This document shows, piece by piece, positions 1-7,011 of a stretch of DNA of 64,000 nucleotides. The notes under the pieces were generated by a model that did not search any database, had not been told where the DNA came from, and saw only the letters and a program-made list of their open reading frames with translations. Source of the DNA: Clostridia bacterium (GTDB taxonomy: Bacteria > Bacillota > Clostridia > UMGS1883); NCBI GenBank assembly GCA_017440585.1, contig JAFSGW010000008.1, forward strand, positions 3,976 to 67,975, read 5' to 3'. Numbering within the stretch: position 1 is the first letter of the stretch; every line of letters starts with the position of its first letter. Made by a program: the position numbers and the translations under genes.

Positions 1-14
1 AAGAGTTTCCGTAT

Positions 15-974
15 ATGGACGATAATGAAAATATATGGGAGTATTCTTACCGAACTCAAACAAAAATGGAAATGAAGACGACCGCATATAAAGAGTATTT
101 AGGCGAGCACGAAGACCCATTTCCTGTGATGGAATATCAAGATGGAATGATTACTGTTTTAGAACCACCTCCGTTTCCACCTGCAGTTGAGGTTAATATG
201 ATTGCAGGAGATATAATTATCCCTGTGATGATAAGAAGAAAACCTTGCATGGAATACGGAGTGTTAATGTTTGAAACAGTTTCTAATGAGTGTGGTTTTA
301 ATGTTAATATTATAGTTAATGAAAAGCAAGGGACATCATCTTTTCGTATAGATAAAACATTAGATTGTAGTTTGTATGTTCAAGTGCAAAGAGAAAAATG
401 GCTTGAAGAGATACAAAGTAATAGGTTAATATCTATTATGTTAGGAGATGCTGAAATACTTAGGGCAGTTCCAAATGAAAAAGATTTAGATATGCCACTT
501 TTCAAATTAGCGCCATATATTAGATGTTATATTGAAAACTTGCTAACTATAGAACATCATACTGGTTGTAAATTTTCAACCAAGGTAAGTCAAATATCAA
601 TGAAGGATTACAATACTGCAAGAATAATGGCATCTTCTATTGAAGGCAAATGGTACTGCGAAAAGAAAGATTTTGACAATACAATTAGATGTGATTATGA
701 CAAATTACCTAAAGTTTTTTGCAGTGACAAAGATGGTCAAGATGAAATATTGGCTGTTGCTGATATTATTAACATTTCTTTATATGGGCAATGTTTTACT
801 ATTGATAAATATATAATTGGATATAAGCATGCGCGAATTAACAATTTAACTTCTGTTATAAAAAATCGGGACAAGAAGAAAAAGCAAATTCTTTTAACTT
901 TCCGTCCAATTAAGGGACATGATACCTTCTTTAAATATCAGAAATTCGAAGGAATTAGTCTTCTTTCTGAATGA
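15..974 (+). CDS. hypothetical protein on the AT-rich element arm; the N-terminus may extend upstream of the window
   Basis: 319-aa ORF with AT-rich codon usage like the rest of the island. No in-frame stop upstream within the window and no convincing RBS at nt 15. No recognisable motifs. Followed by hairpin repeat copy A. Confidence 0.45.
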   Translation: MDDNENIWEYSYRTQTKMEMKTTAYKEYLGEHEDPFPVMEYQDGMITVLEPPPFPPAVEVNMIAGDIIIPVMIRRKPCMEYGVLMFETVSNECGFNVNIIVNEKQGTSSFRIDKTLDCSLYVQVQREKWLEEIQSNRLISIMLGDAEILRAVPNEKDLDMPLFKLAPYIRCYIENLLTIEHHTGCKFSTKVSQISMKDYNTARIMASSIEGKWYCEKKDFDNTIRCDYDKLPKVFCSDKDGQDEILAVADIINISLYGQCFTIDKYIIGYKHARINNLTSVIKNRDKKKKQILLTFRPIKGHDTFFKYQKFEGISLLSE

Positions 975-987
975 TGCGTATAACAAG

Positions 988-1039
988 AAAAATCCGTATT
1001 ACTTCAAGGAAAATGAGCCAAGGAGAATACGGATTTTAG
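988..1039. repeat. 52-nt imperfect hairpin repeat, copy A (AGAAAAATCCGTATTACTTCAAGG-N-ATGAGCCAAGGAGAATACGGATTT)
   Basis: 11-bp stem AAATCCGTATT/AATACGGATTT around a ~25-nt loop, followed by a T-run. A near-identical copy (2 mismatches) lies at 3402..3452. Confidence 0.8.
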
Positions 1040-1093
1040 TTTTTTAATATGTAGGACTATGTAATAGAGAGCCTGCTATATTAAGGAAAATAA

Positions 1094-1122
1094 TTGACGA
1101 AAAAAGGGGATTGTTATATAAT
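1094..1122 (+). promoter_or_regulatory. sigma-A-type promoter for the two-gene module (TTGACG-17 nt-TATAAT)
   Basis: TTGACG at ~1094, a 17-nt spacer and TATAAT at ~1117, about 33 nt upstream of the RBS GGGGAG and the ATG at 1155. Confidence 0.6.
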
Positions 1123-1154
1123 ATTATTGAGTACATAAGAAAGGGGAGCGAGAT

Positions 1155-2411
1155 ATGATTAACATACCTGCTTCGTTTAAAAATGACCATGAGGATTATA
1201 TAACAGTTCCTGTACTTAAGGAGTTTGTTAAAACACATAATGTAAAGACTAATGTTTCGGAAAAAAGAGAAAATCTCTTTGATAAAATAATAGAATTTGG
1301 TAATGAAAGTGAAGAAAAAGGCGAACTTGTGTTGGACTGGATTGACTATGTTGTACAGGAAGGCATTAAAGATATACAGCTTCACTATGCTCCGTTGCCC
1401 GATAATATGAGTATGTTGGCGAAAGATAATGGGAAATTGTTAAATCATATTTCTGCATATGTTGATAAAAGCGTAAGTAGGCACCTCTGTCAAAATGTTT
1501 ACGGAGAACATTTTGTTCTTATTGATGCTAAAACAGAAAAATCTCGAGCAGGCGAAAAGATAGTATTCATTTTTTGTAAAAGCTTGTATGTTCATGACCC
1601 TAAGAAGAACATTACAAAGAAAATCGATTATCCTGTAATTGCAGAGTACTATAAAAAAGGGGAGTGGCTTCTTGTAAAAGCCAAGCCAAAAAGCAATTTG
1701 TATATTTATGAAAATAAAGAATTTAATCTTGAAAAAGCCCAATTAACAACAACCGAAAAGGAAACAAAGAAGATTGTGGATATGGTTAAAAAGATTTTGT
1801 CTGTTCAAGAGGTGAATGGGCGAGGTGTGGAATATGACTTGAAAAATAGAATATTTCAATTGTTGGATAAATACACTAATACGCCAGAAGAAATAAAGGG
1901 CGTCATGGAAAATGCTGATAGTTCAGTTCTTGAAATATCGAAAAAGATAAGTGACTTATGCTTTGTTGAAGGTAAATGCGGTATTCCTGAAAATATGAAG
2001 AAAGATATTGATGATGATATAAGAAACATATTAGAAAAATATTTATCGATTAATTGGAAGGATAAAGATGTTTTTGTGAAGGATAGGGATGCATATCCAG
2101 TAAAGTTAAGTGCCACAGATGAAGAAGAGTCAAAGGTGGAGCAGACAGCCGCTGCATTAGAACCGTTGCAGACAAAAGCGTTGTTTTTTGATAATAAGAA
2201 AATGTTGTACAAGAATAAGAGTTGTGATGGAATTGTGTTTAGGTGGAGAAGAATCAATCCTATCAATGGTCAAAAACTAATGTTTCCTGTGAAAATGTCG
2301 GCAAATGGTAGAGGTATATGCACGTTTAAATTTACAGAGTATACCGTTAAGGAGGATATTGAAAATGTTATCTTCTCAATTATTGAAACTGGAGAAAATA
2401 CTGAGTCATGA
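1155..2411 (+). CDS. hypothetical 418-aa protein, first gene of the cassette-like module; possible SAP-like helix pair at the N-terminus
   Basis: Strong RBS AAGGGGAG 7 nt before the ATG. No Walker or other catalytic motifs seen. Its 3' end overlaps the downstream gene by 47 nt. Confidence 0.7.
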   Translation: MINIPASFKNDHEDYITVPVLKEFVKTHNVKTNVSEKRENLFDKIIEFGNESEEKGELVLDWIDYVVQEGIKDIQLHYAPLPDNMSMLAKDNGKLLNHISAYVDKSVSRHLCQNVYGEHFVLIDAKTEKSRAGEKIVFIFCKSLYVHDPKKNITKKIDYPVIAEYYKKGEWLLVKAKPKSNLYIYENKEFNLEKAQLTTTEKETKKIVDMVKKILSVQEVNGRGVEYDLKNRIFQLLDKYTNTPEEIKGVMENADSSVLEISKKISDLCFVEGKCGIPENMKKDIDDDIRNILEKYLSINWKDKDVFVKDRDAYPVKLSATDEEESKVEQTAAALEPLQTKALFFDNKKMLYKNKSCDGIVFRWRRINPINGQKLMFPVKMSANGRGICTFKFTEYTVKEDIENVIFSIIETGENTES

Positions 2412-3387
2412 ACAGATTGACAGAATAGAAAGTTATATTACCTCTTTTTCGACAAATACTAAACTCACAGCTTCTAAATTTGCTATGGATATGCAATTTG
2501 ATATTGCACAAGCACGAAAAGTATTAGATGTGTTAGTAGATATTGGAGTGTTCAGGTTTAGCTTTATAGTACGGTGTCCATCATGTGGACTATTACTTGA
2601 ACCTGTAGAAGATATAACAGACATAGAATCACAAATTACTTGTTATGGTTGTGATGTAGAAAGTGATATTAGTACCGATGATGTAGAGGTAATATATACA
2701 TTAAAAGAAGTCCCTTTTGTTGAAGGGCAACAGAGTTATCAAATCGAAAGGTCAGAGACGTCTGTTGTCCTAAACGAAGACTCTCTGACAGCTTTTTTGG
2801 AATTACACGATTATAATTCAAACTTAGTTTTCTACAATCCTACACAATCAGAGGAGGATGTTCTTATAGAAAAATACAACGATATATTCTCTAAACATAA
2901 AACTACAACAGCTAAGGGAAAAACATTGGAAGATTTGGTAGCTACATTGTTCAATACTTGTAAGCATTTTAGAGCGACGACTGGTATGCGACTTCAGCCA
3001 AATCAAATTGACTGTTATGTTAGGAATAAGTTGTTTGCTCCAGGAGTGCCAGGCTTGACGGGTATAGATAGCTTTATGATAGAGTGCAAAAATGAAAAGA
3101 GACCACCTACAGCAACTTATTTCAATAAATTACACAGTGTTTTAAGAGTTGCAGGTAAGCACTTTGGGATTATAGTAAGCAAGGCATCTGCACCTAGTAC
3201 GTTTGTTAAACTTGCAAATCAAATCTTCTTAAGAGATGATATCGTAATCATTTCAATAGATAAGGATGATTTGGAAAACATAATTGTAAATAAAAATAAC
3301 CTTTTAGAATGTATAGGACGAAAGGTTAGCGAGGTAACAGTAAATGCAACAAAAGACTTAGTAGAATTGGGATTATACGATTGCTGA
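2365..3387 (+). CDS. Zn-ribbon + Mrr-type (PD-(D/E)xK) restriction-endonuclease-like domain protein, second gene of the module
   Basis: The track ORF 2305..3387 contains an internal ATG at 2365 with RBS AAGGAGG about 9 nt upstream. CxxC...CxxC lies at residues 71-96. The C-terminal stretch reads LEDLVATLF...NQIDCYV...FMIECKNEK...GIIVSKASAPSTF...IVIISIDKDDL, matching the Mrr_cat/restriction endonuclease family order with D216 and E240-x-K242. Confidence 0.7.
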   Translation: MLSSQLLKLEKILSHEQIDRIESYITSFSTNTKLTASKFAMDMQFDIAQARKVLDVLVDIGVFRFSFIVRCPSCGLLLEPVEDITDIESQITCYGCDVESDISTDDVEVIYTLKEVPFVEGQQSYQIERSETSVVLNEDSLTAFLELHDYNSNLVFYNPTQSEEDVLIEKYNDIFSKHKTTTAKGKTLEDLVATLFNTCKHFRATTGMRLQPNQIDCYVRNKLFAPGVPGLTGIDSFMIECKNEKRPPTATYFNKLHSVLRVAGKHFGIIVSKASAPSTFVKLANQIFLRDDIVIISIDKDDLENIIVNKNNLLECIGRKVSEVTVNATKDLVELGLYDC

Positions 3388-3401
3388 TTAACATGAGTTA
3401 A

Positions 3402-3452
3402 AGAAAAATCCGTATTACTTCAAGGCAGATGAGCCAAGGAGAATACGGATTT
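3402..3452. repeat. 52-nt imperfect hairpin repeat, copy B
   Basis: Near-identical to 988..1039 and lies immediately after the stop of the nuclease-like gene. Confidence 0.8.
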
Positions 3453-3458
3453 GTTATA

Positions 3459-3644
3459 TCATCCTGTCTTTCTTTCTTGATGGCTGTTAAGGATTTCTTC
3501 CAGTAACAATAATTTTTGAGATTTAGGACAGGACAAACTGTTGAGTTGAGCTGTGATTGCTTCAATATGCATTGTTGTAACCCTCTTTTTCAACTCTTCA
3601 ATTTTCTCCGATGTAGTCGGATAATGTACGATTATGTTCATCAC
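3459..3644 (-). CDS. small hypothetical protein (61 aa) downstream of the primase
   Basis: ORF only. The RBS AAAGGAGGG abuts the ATG with poor spacing. Confidence 0.3.
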   Translation of the reverse strand: MMNIIVHYPTTSEKIEELKKRVTTMHIEAITAQLNSLSCPKSQKLLLLEEILNSHQERKTG

Positions 3645-3696
3645 TGCCCTCCTTTCTAAAGTGTATGAACGGAGGATTGTACATTATTTCTACAAA

Positions 3697-3780
3697 GGGT
3701 AATTAGGGTAAATTTCTACCGAAAATTTCTTAATTTTTAAAATTTTCTTTATTTCTTTTAGAGAAAGATTTACCCTAATT
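3697..3780. repeat. long-range inverted repeat (TAGGGTAAATTTCT ... AGAAAGATTTACCCTAA) in the primase 3' intergenic region
   Basis: About 14-nt complementary arms separated by ~50 AT-rich nt, between the primase stop (3799) and the small ORF. Confidence 0.5.
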
Positions 3781-3798
3781 TCACTATACGGAGAAAAA

Positions 3799-5202
3799 TT
3801 AATTTTTTAATCTTTGTCTACGAGAGTTGTTATCAGAATAACAATTTTTCATCCTTTCCACAAATGCATTGACTTCTTGAATGTATTCAGTTTCTACAGT
3901 CAAGTTGTAATAATAATCGCTTGATTTATGGGCTTCTAAGCCATAGTAGTCAAAAAGTATTTTGGCTATATTATGTGACTTTTCAGCATGCAGTTTATTT
4001 TCTCTGCACCAAGCCATATATTCTGCATTAAAATCGGAACGCAAAGTTTTGCCGACTCCAATATTACAATAATGCTCAACGAAAGTGAGTAGAGTATTAT
4101 TGTCAGCAATATACTTAATTCTGTTGTTTTTAATAGATTCACTTTCAGTGAATTTATATCCTCTATCTATAGCATTTTTAAAATACTGTATGCATGCACT
4201 TGCAATAATATCTTTTTCTGTCAGCATTTTTTCTAACAAATATGGATCACGTTTTTCATTAGGAATAATATTTTTGCAATGTATAATATTAAATCTCTCA
4301 TATACATGACCCCCTGTATCTCCGCCAAACTTGGGCAAGTCATTACAGTTATACCAAAGGAAACCTTGGTATTTAAAAGAAAACTGAGGTTTATATTTGA
4401 CATTAGCGAATATTTCATCACCTCCCGTTAACTCTTTGAGAATATTAATTTCTCCAACACGAGCATAGGACATATCGCCACAACCAGCTAAACGTTTATT
4501 GTGTAACGGAGCTGTTCCGAATGTATCGTTAAGATTTTTTAAATCTATAGAGATACTGTTATGCTTGCCAATTAAGGATATAATAAGTTCTCTTAACTGT
4601 GTCTTGCCAGTATTGCCAGGACCTACTAACATTAATAGTTTCTTAAATTTATATCCGGGTACATTACTTAATATAGCACCCATGTATTCAAGCAAAAATT
4701 GCTTAGTCAGTTCGTCATCGCCAATAAGGTCTTGGAGATACTGTTTGAAAACAGGTGCATCATTCAAATCTGCATTATGAATATAATTGCAAGGGATTTG
4801 AATGGTGGACAATATATCCTTGTTGTGAGGCAGAAGCTCATTAGTATCTACTTTTAGAATGCCATTTTTAAAATTAATGATATTTTCGTCTCTGTTAAAA
4901 TGTCTTTCAGCTACGGTAAAGTTGGTTTTAAACTCATCATATACGGCTTCCCAAAGTTTCTTCTTTCTGATTTCAACAGGAATAAATTCCTTTATAAAAG
5001 CTTTGAAATCAGTATCAGAAACAGACATATATACACCATGGCTATTATAGATATAAATACTTGTTGGTGTAATTATTATAGGGTGGTTTTCCTTAATGTG
5101 CATATAAAGCAGTTGTGTATTAATGTGACGTTTGTCGACTTCGTCCCTGAAAATCCAAGAGGCATTTTCAAAATCGATTTTCAAATTAAATTTATTGTAC
5201 AT
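3799..5202 (-). CDS. phage/plasmid primase, P4/D5 family (primase-helicase with NTPase domain)
   Basis: Walker A LVGPGNTGKTQ and D5_N/primase-C-like architecture. Start chosen at the internal ATG 5202 (MYNKF...) with RBS GGAAAGG; the track ORF extends to 5250 without an RBS. Confidence 0.8.
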   Translation of the reverse strand: MYNKFNLKIDFENASWIFRDEVDKRHINTQLLYMHIKENHPIIITPTSIYIYNSHGVYMSVSDTDFKAFIKEFIPVEIRKKKLWEAVYDEFKTNFTVAERHFNRDENIINFKNGILKVDTNELLPHNKDILSTIQIPCNYIHNADLNDAPVFKQYLQDLIGDDELTKQFLLEYMGAILSNVPGYKFKKLLMLVGPGNTGKTQLRELIISLIGKHNSISIDLKNLNDTFGTAPLHNKRLAGCGDMSYARVGEINILKELTGGDEIFANVKYKPQFSFKYQGFLWYNCNDLPKFGGDTGGHVYERFNIIHCKNIIPNEKRDPYLLEKMLTEKDIIASACIQYFKNAIDRGYKFTESESIKNNRIKYIADNNTLLTFVEHYCNIGVGKTLRSDFNAEYMAWCRENKLHAEKSHNIAKILFDYYGLEAHKSSDYYYNLTVETEYIQEVNAFVERMKNCYSDNNSRRQRLKN

Positions 5203-5322
5203 ATGACAACCTTTCCGCATATTGCCAAAGCCTGTACACAACTTTGACAATATGCTTAAAAAAATTTTTTTTTCTTGGGTGCGCCCCCTATATAATAAAT
5301 ACCATATTTTTTATGTGTCAGT

Positions 5323-5351
5323 GCTTGAAAAATTGTATGCAATATGATATA
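5323..5351 (+). promoter_or_regulatory. putative promoter TTGAAA-17-TATACT for the 5385 gene
   Basis: Hexamers with a 17-nt spacer sit ~35 nt upstream of the RBS AAAAGGGGTGG, divergent from the primase. Confidence 0.45.
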
Positions 5352-5384
5352 CTTTAGCTTGCATACAACAAAAGGGGTGGAAAA

Positions 5385-6428
5385 ATGACTGATATTAAGG
5401 GAATTTCTGAACCGTTATATTTCTATTACAGAATAAACACTGTAACGAAGATGGAGACATTTATTTTAAGAGGAAAGCCTATAACTGATGATTTGGAAGA
5501 AATGTATTACTGTTTTCCGAGCGATATTGAAATGCCATTGGGGACTATTTTTTCAATCATTGGTGGGGTAACAGAGAACATCCTACTTTCAATATCAATG
5601 GAAGATACATTAAAGAGAAACGAAGAATATTTAGAGAAATTTGAACAAATAGAAAACATTGAGCTTTCGTTACAGGCTTTTTTGCTTTGTGCAAGTCTAA
5701 ATGCAGATTATAGTGATATTAACTCGAAAGAAAATATTGCTATCTATAATTTAAACAGGTTTATTAGTGAATGTGTGGCTAACTACAACTATGCTACAAA
5801 TGACTATTTAGAAAAAGTTATATTAGCAAATTCTATACCATTCCCGAAATTCGATAGAATTATTGTTGATTATTCTTATCTAAAAAGAAAAGGGGAGTAT
5901 AGTGATGAAGATATGAAAAATTTTTTAGATAATAAAATGCCGTTTCAAAAACAATGGAGTGAATGGGTAGACGGATTAAATATAGAAAAATACGAATACT
6001 ATTCTGTAGATACAGTGAGTGGGTTTTTAGCGACATTATTAAAAGTGATTTTTGATAATCGAAAGGTTATCAATATCTGTGAAAACTGTTGTTGTTATTT
6101 TGTTCCATTAAAAAGAAGTGATGAAAAATATTGTGTAACTAATAAGTATGCAGGTGAACAAGATTGCAAAATGGCAGTAAGAATAGAAAAGCAACGAAAT
6201 AGATTATCTTTGAAGCAAAGCCATATCGACAAAATGGAACGGAGCGTTAGGTCAATGCTATATTATCGTGTAAACAGTGCATTGCCTCGCAACCAAATTT
6301 CGCAAAAAGAATATGGTAAAATTTGCGAAGAGATACATTCATATAAGAAACGAATAGAAGAAGGCTTATGTAGCATTGAAGAATATGAGTTGTTTTTAAA
6401 GAAGTTTTTTAAAAGGAAATACAAATAG
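5385..6428 (+). CDS. hypothetical protein with C-terminal Cys cluster (CENCCCYF...C...C), element-borne
   Basis: 347-aa ORF with a good RBS. Cysteine-rich segment ICENCCCYFVPLKRSDEKYCVTNKYAGEQDC. No family recognised. Confidence 0.6.
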   Translation: MTDIKGISEPLYFYYRINTVTKMETFILRGKPITDDLEEMYYCFPSDIEMPLGTIFSIIGGVTENILLSISMEDTLKRNEEYLEKFEQIENIELSLQAFLLCASLNADYSDINSKENIAIYNLNRFISECVANYNYATNDYLEKVILANSIPFPKFDRIIVDYSYLKRKGEYSDEDMKNFLDNKMPFQKQWSEWVDGLNIEKYEYYSVDTVSGFLATLLKVIFDNRKVINICENCCCYFVPLKRSDEKYCVTNKYAGEQDCKMAVRIEKQRNRLSLKQSHIDKMERSVRSMLYYRVNSALPRNQISQKEYGKICEEIHSYKKRIEEGLCSIEEYELFLKKFFKRKYK

Positions 6429-6429
6429 A

Positions 6430-6472
6430 AAAAGCACATTATCATCGAAAAAAATGATAGTGTGCTTTTTGT
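6430..6472 (+). terminator. rho-independent terminator
   Basis: AAGCACATTATCAT...ATGATAGTGTGCTT hairpin followed by TTTTT. Confidence 0.7.
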
Positions 6473-6588
6473 TTGCTGGTTAAAAGGTTATTTTGTTGTT
6501 AAGGAGCGTTAAGAGGCTCACAGGGGATTTTTAAATACGTACTTGGGAAACGGGTGCGGGGGAAAGATTATTCGCCTTAAAAAGGGTG

Positions 6589-6876
6589 TCAGGAGTTTTT
6601 CTCCTTGTCGAAATAATTAAGAATGTTGCAGATGATGGCAATTTCTTCTTCGGTTAAGCCGTCTAATGATAAGGTTCTTTTGTTGTCAACCTCTAATAAA
6701 TAGTCGGTGGAGATACGGAACAGCTTTGCCATAGCAATGATATGCTTCATGGCAGGGACAGAGGTTTGGTTTTCCCATGCTAATACACTCGTCCTTGCAA
6801 TACCTAACTTATTTGCTAAGTCTGCCTGACTATAATTATATTGTTCTCTTAACATTTTAATGCGTTCATGTATCAT
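6589..6876 (-). CDS. XRE-family HTH transcriptional regulator (Cro/CI-like)
   Basis: MLREQYNYSQADLANKLGIARTSVLAWENQTSVP is a typical HTH_XRE segment. RBS AAAGGGTGGA. Confidence 0.85.
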   Translation of the reverse strand: MIHERIKMLREQYNYSQADLANKLGIARTSVLAWENQTSVPAMKHIIAMAKLFRISTDYLLEVDNKRTLSLDGLTEEEIAIICNILNYFDKEKNS

Positions 6877-6950
6877 TCAAATCCACCCTTTCTTATCATA
6901 ATTGTACACAATGTATTGTTATTTATACACAACATTAAAAGATGTGTATA

Positions 6951-6980
6951 TTGACAAAATAAAAAGGAATGTGTTATTAT
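6951..6980 (+). promoter_or_regulatory. putative promoter TTGACA-18-TATTAT for the SLH-protein gene
   Basis: Hexamers ~30 nt upstream of the ATG at 7012, in the divergent XRE/SLH intergenic region. Confidence 0.4.
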
Positions 6981-7011
6981 TTAGAAAGAAATTAAGAAAG
7001 GTTGTGACTAA

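Noticed and set aside
1044-2266. Antisense ORFs 1044..1385, 1440..1742 and 1856..2266 (-)
   Set aside because: They lie inside and opposite the well-supported 1155..2411 gene. Their low-complexity, I/F/L-rich translations are typical of AT-rich antisense frames. The same reasoning applies to other embedded antisense ORFs in the track (e.g. 4085..4309, 7267..7584, 11004..11424, 18691..18975, 24190..24495, 33621..33863, 38139..38925, 46005..47006).
988-3452. Integron gene-cassette array (the 52-nt hairpins as attC sites)
   Set aside because: Only two copies are visible. There is no intI tyrosine integrase and no attI/Pc in the window. The hairpins lack an obvious GTTRRRY core. This is kept only as one possibility within the cassette finding.
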